From assembly GCA_965645245.1 (NCBI GenBank), contig OZ287067.1, forward strand, positions 2,108,001 to 2,172,000: 64,000 nt of DNA. The letters are read 5' to 3'. The position numbers and the translations under genes were made by a program. Under the pieces are notes generated by a model, which was not told the origin of the DNA, made no database searches, and saw only the letters and a list, made by a program, of their open reading frames with translations. The DNA is from Massalongia carnosa. Taxonomy: Eukaryota. Numbering within the stretch: position 1 is the stretch's first letter; each line of letters begins with the position of its first letter. Positions 1 through 11,887 of this stretch are shown here, one piece after another.

Positions 1-1065
1 ATACACTCGATGAATCTCTCCTTCCCCCTTTCTTAAAATCTACCTCAGGCGTAAAACCCCCCATTAAAAAACTCCGAAAGCGAGAGAGCACTAGACAACT
101 TATGGGTTCATGTCCGAAAAAGATTCGATGGGATCATAAATTTCTTCATCTCATTCGTATTATTCTTGATAGTCTCGGATCTTTCGACAAGTGAACCCCG
201 TCCATTGAAAACGTCTGACTTCACCACATTCATTTCCATTCCATTCCATTCCTCTCCTTTCTCTCCATTCTGTCTTCCTCTCATCTCTTTTCCTTCCACA
301 CCTCTACCCCCACTAGCCTTTTCTCTCCTTTCTCCCCTCCCCCCTTCCCCATCTTTTAGGTTGCGAAAAAAACCGGGGGGAAGACCGGAAGGATGAAATG
401 GATAAATGAGAAGATGTATGAAAAGAAGGGGGGGGGGAGGGGGTAGAAAAGTGGGGGAAAGGAGTACGTACGTAGGGAGGAATGGAGGGAGGCGGTTTTG
501 GTTTGATTCGGTTGATTTATGAGGGGAAGGACAGTCACAAAGAGAGTGTGTGTAAGAGAGAGAAGCGCCATTTTTCAAAATACAGATGTATGTATACATG
601 CAGGGATACATGCAAAAACGTGTATTTCAATAAAAAGGAAACCTCCCCTCCCTCGAACCCCCCGTTTCCTAGAAACTGATAGATAGATATACTCGTATAA
701 CACAATGACTGATGACTAAGAGATACATAGGTAATCCCCATCCTATCCAATCATGAGTCGTACCTTGCAGGTATTTATCTATCTATTTATCTATGTGAGA
801 TCTCCCTAATGCGAAACGCATAGCAAGACGATGAAACACTCAATCGGTAGGGGCGGTTTGGAGTTGCTCCGTTACGGAGATATAGTTAGGCTAGGAGGAG
901 GGGGGGTGGGGGGCGATTATTTTGGGAGGCTGTTAGCAGCTAAGGATAACAGGTGGGCAGAAGGGTTGTTGGGAGCTAAATGCTAGGTAGGTAGAGATAA
1001 GTAGGCAGGGAAAGAAAAACGGGGAGTGGAGAGGATTTGAGCGGGTGAGGGGGGGAATTTATTTG

Positions 1066-3768
1066 TCAAGCCGCTAGCCCGCGCTTCTCGGACTCGGAGA
1101 AGAAGATAATCTGTATTAAGAGAAGGGGGTTTAGCTTGGATTGGACGTGGAAGGGGTGGTCGGTGAGAGGGACTGGGGGTTGCAAAACGTACCATGCGCC
1201 AGAGTTTCTTCACCAAGACTTCGGCTTCTTCGTCCAAGGCCTAGAAAGGGTGGAAGTTAGCAAGCAACCCCACCAGAAACAAGAAAGATTAAACAACCAA
1301 CGATAGAGGATACAATGGGGGGAAAAGTGGATGGAGAAAACGAAAACTTACCCCTTCAAGCTGCTCAACCAACGCTTGCGGCTCGCCCCTTTTCCGAATA
1401 TGCTCCTCTACCACCTCCACCAACATCTGCTCCTGCACCCCCAAATACTCGACAATCTTCTTCTCCACAAACGGCTTCAGCTGCTCGCCCAGCACCGTCT
1501 CGTCCACAAACTCCCATTTGACTGCCCACTGCCACAGTCCCTCCCTGTCCGACGGAATATCTGCCGCCAGCTGCCTCACCGCCTGCGCGCGCTCCTCCTC
1601 TGTCAACCCGAGCGCGTCGGCCGCGCTATCAAACTTGATTGGCACGAGCGTGCGCTTGGTCGTCGTGTCCGCCTCCTCCTCGTCTTCTAGCAGGCCCTCC
1701 ACTTCCGCCACCGTACGCCGGCTGTTCGTGGCTGCCGCTTGCGCCTTCTGCGCCGCGGCACCAAGGGACAGTTTGAAGCGCTGCGGTTCGCGTGCGGGCG
1801 CTGCTTTGGAATCCAGCTCCATGGCTTGGCGGTTGAGGAAGTCGTCGGCCATGCCACGAGCCTGCTCGCGCTGCTGCACGTCACGCGCGCGGTCGCGGTC
1901 CTCGGCCGCACGATCTAGGTCGTCAAGGTGGATCTCGCGCGCACGGAACGAGGCGCGGTTTCGGATCCAGAGACTACGATCCAGATAGTATTCTTCGACT
2001 TTCCGGTTGGCTTCGATGTCGTCGTTCCAGTCCTGCAATCGTTTGGCCACTGTATCCTTCTCGACAAGCTGGTGCACTTCCTCTTCCTTATCGCGGATTT
2101 TTTCACGTTCCACAGCGGCAGTACGGCTACGCTCGCGGTTGAGCCAGCGGCGCTTTTGGTCGTGGTACATCTTTTCTTGCTCGGCTGCTTTGCGCTCTTG
2201 GCGACGCCGCTCAATCTCTTCATCGCTTGCATCACTATCTTCGTCCTCTCTGTCGATCACTGAAGTTCCAGCGCCATTGATACCGCTTCCATTGACAAAC
2301 GTTACATTTTTTTGATAATCCCGTGGCATTTGTGACTCTTGGTAGCCCTTCGGCCCCGCGGGAGCGTTTAGAATCCCTTTATCTCTAGGTCCTATTGGAA
2401 TCCCATTCGCGCCACCAGCAGGACCACTCGGTGCTGCTCGAGGAGGAGAGGCTAGTCGACTAGGACGCGGCTGCCCAAGGTTTCGCTGGCGCTCCATCGC
2501 CTCAAGCTCCTCCTCCTTCCGTAACCGTTCCAAGTCGCGCCTAGTGCTCCGGTCTCGGAAAGCTGCAATTTCTTTAGCTACCGTCTCGCGCATTTCAGCA
2601 GGGATGTCGGAGAGCTCATCGTCGACCGTCAGGGGGATAGTGACGACCTCTGTGTCGGGCTTCTCATCTCCGTTTAGCATGAAGAAATCACCGTCACGGT
2701 CAACGGTTGATGCATCGTTCGATGGTATGGGTGTTGAGGGATTAGCGAGATCTGCAAGCACGCGGGCGAGTGAGCTTTTGGCAGCATCCATGCGTAGCTG
2801 GGCTTGTATAGGATCTTGGTCTCCTCGAGAGGATTGGTATTGTTCGAGGTAATTCAGCGAAGCGTCATCAACCATAATCTATGTTCATTAACGACGCCTC
2901 CGGCCGAAAGATGCATTGCAGAACTCACGAGTAGTTTGCTCGACTCGGGTTTTGCCTCAATGGCATCTTCATCCTTCTTTGCACTAGTTGCAACTTGCTG
3001 CTTGATAGGCACCTCCACGTCTCTCAGCACATCTACGGCTGTGGCAAGGCTTTCGGGATCTTCGTACTCTGCAAACCCAAATCTACAGGCCTTGTTATCT
3101 GCATCCATCGCTCTTGTCCATCGCCGAAGATTGCCTGCACATTGCAAAATTCGTTCCACGCCATCATCTCCCCCTGCGCCTTCTGTGATGCCTCCTACGA
3201 AAATTGTCCTTACAACCTCGTCCTTCGTTGGTGGAGCTAGTTGCATCATACTTTCCCGTACCGCTTGTCGTTGCGCCTCCATGCCGTAACCAGCCCCTAG
3301 CCCAGGCCGAGCAGACCTTGGCTCAGCATTACTTTCCCTACGAGCAGCATCCGCTCCAATTGCTATATTGGTTTTTGTGGGGCCCGAAGTTCCAAGGCGA
3401 ATGACAGGGGCAGAGAAGTTGATATTGGGCATGTTCGCGGGTGGTTGGAAATTCGGAGGAAAGCCCCCTGGTCTTCCTGGTTGCTGAGAGTTTGATTGCA
3501 TCCCTGGAGGTGGCGCGACACCCGGAGCAGACATTCCTGGCGGTGCTAGAGAGGATCAGGACTCTATTGTATACCCATGGGGGACGACCTACCCATTCCC
3601 GGAGAACCGCCCATCCCTAGCGACGCATTCTGACCAGGAAAGCCTCCAAAGCCTGGAGGGCGGCCGTATGCTGGATTTCCTTGCGCTTAAAATCAGCAAT
3701 GAGCTCCAGATTATTGACAAAGCGCAGATGGGCGACTCGGGTGGAGACTTACCTTGGTAGTTGTACAT
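1066..3768 (-). CDS. SNU71: U1 snRNP-associated RRM + PWI domain protein (Snu71/RBM25-like), multi-exon
   Basis: RRM-like IFVGGI...FGFAEYED, a long E/R-rich coiled region and C-terminal PWI (LKPFVEKKIVEYLG...LVKKLWRM|IIFFSESEKRGLAA*). First exon is ATG TAC AAC TAC CAA G|gtaagt at 3768. Confidence 0.85.
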
Positions 3769-4157
3769 TGTGAGAAAAGTGCCACAGATGAGGAATCAGC
3801 TGAAATTTCTTGAAGCGCCAGCAAGTGTGAGAGGGTTGAAAGGCCGACAAGTGTTGATCTTCATGGTCGATATTTGCATCCAGAGGACGGAGTACTTTGT
3901 AATTTGTACTTTAGTCAACCTAACAGGGTGGATACCTTACATAATCTTCAGCCCCGTAAGGGTTGATTATCCACGTGATAGCCTTCTCCCAACTGACCGA
4001 ATAACCGTAATATCAAAGCTTTTTTTATAACTGAAGCTATTTTAATTTTCACCCAATCCCATGATAATTAGAGAGGATCTTCTATTTTCCGCGAATATGT
4101 GAATATACTAATATCTCCTTTTACATTGAATGTTTCTTTCCATAGTTTCAATATCAT

Positions 4158-5870
4158 ATGGGCACGTCTTCCCTTTCAGACGATCTTGAATATTATCTCT
4201 TATACCCCCGACCATACCTGATACTACCTACGGCTGCTGTGTTTTCTACCGTTCAATGTCCTTCGCCGAGTTGCGGAAATTGTAGGTCCCCAGCCTATGC
4301 CTTCAAGCATGGTCGCAAGAGTGATGCTGACGATAACTCAAACTGTATGAATCGGGAAACCAGTAAGGTCTGTCTTCGTTATGCAGAGTTTGAAAAGTGC
4401 AATGCCGCTGCTCTCCGTGGGTCTATTGTCGCGTCACTCTGGGTGTCTATGAAACCCGTCATTCACAGTTGCTTATAGAGCAGGCTATCATCAAGAGAGC
4501 AAGATCCGTCCGGGAGATAATGGTCCCATTCAGCCCGACAAATTCCAGAGACCCACAGCCTAGCACCTCTCGCCTTACATGTATTTACGTAAGTTATTCT
4601 TGCTCAGACCAGTCAAAATTTCTGATGGATCGTAACATGTGGAACCATCCATATCCTCCTTCTGAACAGATTCTAAGCGCTGTCAATCTGATCCCTAGCC
4701 TATAGAAAATAACAGTATCCTACGAACTAAAAAAATCTACCAGGCCCAGAAGGGTTTAATATCGAACATTTGCTTCAGTAGCATTAAGGAACAACATGAA
4801 ATTAAAATTGGATTCCCTTTGACCTTAAGAAGTGTTCTAGTCCTACAACGTCTCAAGCAGCTGATCCTTTAATCGCCAGGGCTTGAGGCTCTATCCTTGA
4901 ACTTTGGAAGACCACAGCGACCTTGGACTTTGTATACGTCAGGTGGTGATGTTTTTTTGGCCAAATCACGAAAAAATTCCGCCTTGCGTAGGCTAACCCT
5001 TGAAGGACATAACGGCGGACTTGACAACCCTCAACCAACTAAACATCAGTTTTTAGATGTCGAAACTGGAGGAGTTGTTCTTAATCAACTGCTTTCTCCT
5101 AGGCCTAATTGCCTGCTTCGATAGCCTGCAGATAAGTCAAATCTACATGAAGACATTGGAAGTGCACGGACGCAGTTATCCAGGGATTCAGACATTGGTA
5201 GATTGGCAACCTTGCTTAGTCAAGTTTCTCTGTGGCTTCAAAAGGCTGGAGAAATTGTCCTTGACAGACTCCTTTAGAGACGTTAATGGCCTGATTGGAG
5301 GTATCATACATCACAGTCGCTCCTTGCGCCATTTGACACTAAAAAGCGTGAACCGGCTCAAGAGCCCTGCGGTAGGTGGTCGCTTAACCGCCGAGAGCCT
5401 GTAGCACCTATGCGAATTGTGCCTAGATCTCGAATATCGTTCGATCGGCCCTTCTCTTATGCCTGATGATCTCCTTTCTGTGAGTAGCCCATCTTGACTA
5501 GGATGGTGTAGTCTTTGATAAGATACTCGCAAGATCGCTCGAAGATAAGCGCCTTACAGAACTTCAATTCCCTCGGAACTCTGCAAATCCACAACTCTCT
5601 GTACAGAAAATACGCGTTCTTTAAGCCTCTCATTGATGATGAGTTCGCGCAGAGCTCAGCAGCGCACATACGTTGCCCCAACTTGCAGCATCTGGTAATC
5701 TCTCATGGCGATGAATACTTCACTCGCCCAGGAGTTTGGAATGAGAGCGCAGAGTGGTATAACTGGCGCCGAAAAACGTGGGCCTGTTGAGTTTTGTTAC
5801 GGAAAAGTTGCGGTCCAGGAGCTAGCGAGATTGGAGGAAGAGGTCGTGATGAAAGAGATGTTGGACTAGC
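4158..5870 (+). pseudogene. Degenerate leucine-rich (F-box/RNI-like) hypothetical gene fragments
   Basis: Several short same-strand ORFs carry LxxLxL repeats (LRRLTLEG, LEELFLIN, LEKLSLTD, LRHLTLKS, LQHLVISH) and are broken by stops and frameshifts. Confidence 0.35.
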
Positions 5871-6449
5871 TTAGCAGGCTTTTCAATCCTCCGTAGAGGT
5901 GGGATGACTTCAAGATCTGGAAGACAAACCTCGTGGGAGATGACAGGAAAGCAAATGGTTTGATTGATGCGATTTCTCGTAAATCCCCTAGTACTCCTGC
6001 TTGCTGATCTCTACGATGTAAGTTGTCTTGACTCGACCTTAGTGTTCAGCATGTATGCTCATGAGAAGACCCATCACGTAACGGGTGCAGGGGAGGGGGC
6101 AATGGTATGGTGTACAAATGAGAGGCATAGACGCTTTGCAAGCCGTCACCCTAGACCCTGTGGAGGAAGCTGTTTCTCCTTATTCCTTAGCTTCCACCGG
6201 CGCCGGATTGGAATGAGAGATCTTGTAGATCGCCTTGCAGGAATCAAAAGATCGGATCAGAGAGGAAAATCTCTAGTTATAACTCCACCTCATCCGTCCA
6301 ACCCCCCTCTCCCCCTTCTACAACCACGAGCCAAAACCTCGTGAAATTCGAGGACCAAGAAGAGGCATCACTATACCCACAGCCAGCCCTTGAACCAACC
6401 AAAACAAATATAGAACGACGAACCAAAAAAAACCCCCCCTTTTCCAACC

Positions 6450-7193
6450 ATGCGCCTCCATACCCACCGCCTCCTCTCCCTCGCTGCTCTCATCGCCCAT
6501 GTAGCCGCCAAATCGGCCGTTCAGGCCCCAATCGTACTTCCCCTTGGTACCACCGGTACCGCTGTGCAGAACGCGACCGGCGATACACACGTCTACTACC
6601 AGTCCACGGACGGCTCCACCCACGAGCTGGTTGGCTCCGGCCCGCCGAAGCTGGGAGTTGTGTATACGGACAAGTTACTCGTGGCGACAAAGAAGGTGAA
6701 GCGGAATAGCCCAATCGCGGTAGTGGATCTGGGGGGATAAGCTTGCGAGAGTGAGTTCAAGGTTTTTTATGTTTTTGTTTCAGTCTTTCTTTTTTAGCCT
6801 TTTTTTCTTCCAATGTAGTTTGGGAGATGGATTTGGCTCGTGTTAATATGGTTTCTTGTCCATATCTGGCTATATGGCGGCTATGAATGCATATCACATT
6901 AGAAAATAAGTTCTTTTACTAATATCAGGGCCGCTACCCGTATTCATCTCTAGCTCCGACTTTCTTACATCAGCCCCGACTTTAAGCTGAGGGAACACGC
7001 CTATGACAGCGGCACCGGCTGGTACGACGGCGTGCTTAACGACTACAAATTCGCCGTGCTCAAGGGCACGCAATTCCGCTACACTATCGCCGTACTGAAT
7101 TCAAGCCATCCGCGGGTAGGGTATCAGGGTGCCGACGGCGTTTTATACGAGACGTACTATGAGTCTCACACATGGCGTTCTTATCAGTTCTAA
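6450..7193 (+). CDS. Secreted fucose-specific lectin-like (AAL/RSL beta-propeller repeat) protein, 2 exons, 1-nt frameshift in a G run
   Basis: Signal-peptide-like N-terminus followed by three blade-like repeats: THVYYQSTDGSTHEL, LRLSYISPDFKLREHAYDSGTGW and PRVGYQGADGVLYETYYESHTW. Intron gtgagt at 6751 to tag at ~6952. Confidence 0.6.
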
Positions 7194-8587
7194 AAACTTG
7201 TCGCTGAGGTTTGATGATAAGAGGCAGATCGAGAGGTTGCAAAAGGTAGGTCGAGTTAGAGAATGGGGAAATGAAAAAAGTGAACTTTTCGAGGAGTTTG
7301 GAAGTGGATTGTTGGTAATCCTGCAATCCGTGGTTGGTTTCTAAGGGACGATGATTCTGTGCCGCTGAACCTGGAATTCTAGTGATGTTTTTGATGTGGC
7401 CATGGTGCCATGGTGTCATGCGGGATGACAGTAGTGCTTTCCACTTCGTTTCTTCTGTTGGCGAATAGCGTCGGATAAAACTGTGGAGCTCCTGCCCGTC
7501 AGCAAGATCCACGAGCTTGTCATGGATCATCTATATAAACTGATACTCTCTCAGTGGTATACCTAAAGTTAAACTCCTGTTCTGAAAGCCAGTTAAGTAA
7601 CCAGGTGTGGGCAGCCAACTTTCTCTTCGCAATGGAGAAGTAGACTTATTTCAAGGATCATACTTTTTTTGGATGAGAACAATAGGCCTTTGGATACTTT
7701 TCTGTACGGAAAGCTAATTTTTCTAGACTCCGGGAATGCGAAGGATTTCTGCGTTAGGTTAAGTGCGGGCTTTTTCTATTGAACGCTCTAGAACCGCAGA
7801 CAAAAGCAGGAACTAATGCCCCTTGAAATCCTAGTAGTGTGACAGGAGAAGATCACCTAGGGATACTTAATATTGCGGATCAATCACTTTAAGAAGAGAC
7901 ATGAATCTTGCGCTGCATCTTATCGTGCCTTTTAAGTTTGAAATGGATATGGGGTTTTATTTTGAGCAATTGTTACAAGTGAACGGTACTGGCGAAAATT
8001 TACTAGAAAGCCTAAAATCCACATATTTGGACGACTCGCTCCAGGATGATTTAAGCACGTTCTTCAGGTTATGGTTAGACTCTTGATAGGTATAGCACTA
8101 GCTACAGGGGAGACCCAATATAAATGTTACAGATATTTTGCTATGGGATGTAGTTGACTATTATGTTATCGACACAGAAAACAACCGATTTGAAAGACAT
8201 CAGCGATAGAGTAACAGAATAGGAAAGGTCAGCAACACCACAGCAAGAATGTCGGGACTTCTGAGCACATGGTCAATCTCCAGCTTTCAAGATCTACTCG
8301 AATTCGATGGCAGTTTGTGCAACTATTGTTAAGCTCTCTGTTGGGTTCATTCCTTTTGGACCATTTGGTGGAAAGGTGTTAAGATGTTGACATGGCGCTT
8401 AATATCCCCATAAAGTAAAAGCAATGTTAGCCGCGCGGAAAAGCAATAAGTTCTAACTAGATACGGAGGTACATACTAAAATATTTTTTCATCTTCCGTT
8501 CGCTCAATTGAGTAACTCATTTCAAGTCAGTGGTTTTCTGCCCATCTAGCTCATGCAACACTGAATTTTCTCATTCTCACTTCTTGA

Positions 8588-9418
8588 ATGGAAATCCAAC
8601 GGTTGGGCGAGATTGTGCTAAGATGGCGCCCTTCTCCTCTACTATCATTCCTTGCACCTTCCCTTTCCCATGATCTCGTTCTTGCTCGAACAACTACCTC
8701 GTACATTGCAATCGCAAACCTTGCTATATTTCGGAGAACAGTCACCACCAGTCGCACCCTTCGACAGGCCTCCACGGCCACTGCATCAGCCCCCCTCCAA
8801 GAGCCCTCGGAGAGCGATGATGCCCGACAGATCTCCCATGCCTCCACATCCACAGAACCTTATGATCCTCGAGCAGACCGAATTAAATCGCTTCTAGCCG
8901 AAACTATAGCAACCAGAACAGTGCCAAGCGGCAAAAATAACGGCGCCTCTAATACCCTCAATACTCGGCCACGCTCGTCTTATGCTTCCTCCCTCCGAGA
9001 TATTCAACAAGGCTACGAAAACTCACGCTACCCCCTTTCTAGGAGGAAAGTTTCAGGTGCGATAGCTAGAGATATGCAGTCCCCTCAGAGCGTCACCGGA
9101 ACCTCCAAGGCCGTGGCGAGCGACATCAGTAAGACCACCAGGCACCGTGCCGTCAAAACCATCAAATCGCGACCGAGTCTCGGACGTACCATTGAGGTTG
9201 ACACGGCTCGCGGGAGGCACTTGGGACGGGCATTGAAAATGCTGCAGGTACAATGCAACATCAACAACGTGATGCGGGATCACGCAGCACAGCGCTTTTA
9301 TGAGCGACCTGGACTGAAAAGGAAGAGATTGAAGAGCGAGAGGTGGCGAGCAAGATTTAAGGCTGGGTTTCACGCCATGGTGGAAAAGGTTAAGGCTATG
9401 AGGCGGAAGGGATGGTGA
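8588..9418 (+). CDS. MRP21: Mitochondrial small-subunit ribosomal protein bS21m
   Basis: C-terminal S21 motif FYERPGLKRKRLKSERWRARFKAGF...RRKGW. Confidence 0.9.
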   Translation: MEIQRLGEIVLRWRPSPLLSFLAPSLSHDLVLARTTTSYIAIANLAIFRRTVTTSRTLRQASTATASAPLQEPSESDDARQISHASTSTEPYDPRADRIKSLLAETIATRTVPSGKNNGASNTLNTRPRSSYASSLRDIQQGYENSRYPLSRRKVSGAIARDMQSPQSVTGTSKAVASDISKTTRHRAVKTIKSRPSLGRTIEVDTARGRHLGRALKMLQVQCNINNVMRDHAAQRFYERPGLKRKRLKSERWRARFKAGFHAMVEKVKAMRRKGW

Positions 9419-9979
9419 ATTGAGGGGGGGAGGGGGGAGTGTCAGGTGTTGTAGCGAGGAGATATCACAACTGTACACATGTATCACCATACGACCTAGG
9501 GCGGCCTTTACAAATACATCATGTAGAAGACTTGGGTGTAGCGCTGGTGCTATTTTGAATCATTGATGTTAGATCATGAGATGCATATGTTTGTGATTTC
9601 CAAAGGAGGGGTTGTATGCGGTATGTAGTTCGTTGTCTCGCGGTTATACTTAAGTAGAGATTAAAGTTGACAGTAGGTATCTGTACTCTGTAGAAAACCG
9701 CGTACTGTAACTACGTAAAAATGGATTAGGTCTATGTGAGATCAAGCCCTAATCCGTGATAAGATAAGAATTCCGTGCTTTTCCCCCTCATAAGTATATC
9801 GCATTCTACATGCGTGAACTCAATTGCGCCCTCTGGACTGAAACTGCATCACAGCTACAAGATAAAACGCCTATCATCTTCCTGTGCCCCATCAATCCGA
9901 TCTTCAACGAGCGCTCCGGCGCCATTTACGATATCAGCCACCCTCCTTCAAACCCCCTGACGGCAGTCAAACCGCGGCA

Positions 9980-10683
9980 ATGCCTCCCAGCAATCTCCTG
10001 CATACATCCTGGAACACGGAGACCCTTCCCACCTATACCCGCGACCCAGAAACCACCTCCATCCGCTCCTCAGCGCCCTCTTACGTCTCCGAGGTTTACC
10101 CTGCCCTTTTCCCCCAAGCAGACCACAGAAACCCCCCCCCCTAACTCTCCAGGTTCCATCGTACCACTCCAACGCCAACTTCCCTCCGCGTCCGCTACCG
10201 ACTCCCCTCTCCCAGCCTCGGTCGGGCCTCCCGCGCACCGGTGGCAATATCTCCAACGTCCGTAGCCACACCTACAACATCGGCGAATGGTCCTCGGCCA
10301 CCAACGGGCCCCGAGCCCGACACTACGAAGCCGTCGCCGCCCGTCGCGCAACACGAGCATGGGAGCCCTCGGGCGCTGTCAAGTCCCACAGCCCCACTCA
10401 CCATCATTCCCCACCACCACTCGCCTCCATCCCTCTTTCGTTCACCACGGCGCAGACGACACTCGAGCAGCGCGCGGCGGCCGAGGAAGAAGCGCTGCGA
10501 GAAGAGCAGAAAAGTTGGGATTTCATGGTGGCGCAGATGGCGGATTGGAAGGAGCGGGAGAGCAGCTGGGAGGGGTTCCGTAGGGGGTTGGAGGGCGGGA
10601 GGTCGTTGGGGGGAAAGAAGAAGATGAAATGCGGGAGAGAGGGGAAGGGGAAGGGAAAGGGAAAGAGAAAGGAAAATGAATGA
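9980..10683 (+). CDS. Conserved fungal hypothetical protein (one intron ~10094-10152)
   Basis: The spliced reading MPPSNLL...SIRSSAPSYVSE|VPSYHS...ARHYEAVAARRA...LREEQKSWDFMVAQMADWKERESSWEGFR is open, and the intron has a ctaac...ccag 3' end. Confidence 0.6.
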
Positions 10684-11067
10684 AGGAGGAAGTGCGAGGA
10701 AATGTGATGAAGGGGGGAAATCGGGACATTCTGAGGAACCTAATTCCTAGGAAGTCGGAAAAGTACATCCACACATATACAAGCATCTCCATTCCCCAGA
10801 ACGAGTAGGGCAATTCATGTATCTATGAATGTCTCCAAGTTTCTTTTAGTCGGACTTGTCATGTTTCGATGAGGATGGGTAGACTATACATCACGGGATT
10901 TGTTTAAAGAAAATATACGAGTTACATATATACACATAGAACCGCGAAACAAGGGATGTCCTATAACCCGACCCGAAAACGAAAAAACCCCGAAAACTCC
11001 TCCGCTAAGTACATAATTAAACCTGCTCCCCCTGCTCCCCCCCGACTAAAAAATAGAATAAAACAAT

Positions 11068-11887
11068 TCACTCAATAACCCCATCCACCCCCTGGCCCCA
11101 AACAAAAACCACCTTCTTCCCCCCCTCATCGAGAAAAATCTCCTCAAAATCCTCTTCGCCACTGCTCCAGCTAATCTGGCGAAACAGCTTCGTGCGCACC
11201 TTGACCAGCGTTTCCCCGCGGTCCCGCTCCCCACCCCCTTCCGGCACGCACCAACTGACCACGCTGCCCCGCCGCGTCTCCGTGTTGCTGAAATTGCCGC
11301 CGCGCAAGATTCCCCGGAGCGGGCCTCCGGCCGCTGCCGTCGTCGTCAACGTCCCGGCGCTGGGGATGGAGATGAGGGGGGGGCGACGGGAGGTGGTGGT
11401 CAGGGGCGGGGGCGACGACAGGAGATCGAGGGAGGTGTGGCTGATTATGCGGACTAGAGAGGCCGATTCGATGGTTGGCGAGGGGGGGCGGGCCCAGGCT
11501 GGGGGTGGCGGGGGAGGAAAGGGTGGCGGGGGAGGAGGGGCAAGGAGGTGGGTGGTGGAGGAGTTTTTAGTTGTGCGGCGGGCCAGCGGGGAACGCTTAG
11601 TTTGCTTGAGGAGCGCGAGGGCTTCTAGGCCTGGGTTAGTAGCTATAGGTCGGTTTTCTTTTGAGGGAGGAGTTAGAGAAGAGAGAGAAGACATAGGGAG
11701 TTGGGAAAAGAACGTAGCTTCCCGGATAAAGGGAGTAAACCAAAGACTGCTGCATACCGTTCCTCTCCGTCCGACCCTGCTTTCTCTCTGCAAGGGCAGT
11801 TTTGATCAGTTCGTAGGGCCTGGAGAAAAACTTGCCAAGGCCAGTCTTTCTTTCCTGTTTCGTTGCATTTTGCTGCCGCCGGGCCAT
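11068..11887 (-). CDS. Hypothetical proline-rich protein, probably one intron
   Basis: ORFs 11636-11887 and 11068-11793 can be joined through a putative intron with a ctaac branch point. No recognisable domain. Confidence 0.35.

Noticed and set aside
108..750. ORFs at the window start
   Set aside because: Low-complexity purine/pyrimidine tracts of UTR or intergenic type; the translations are compositionally biased.
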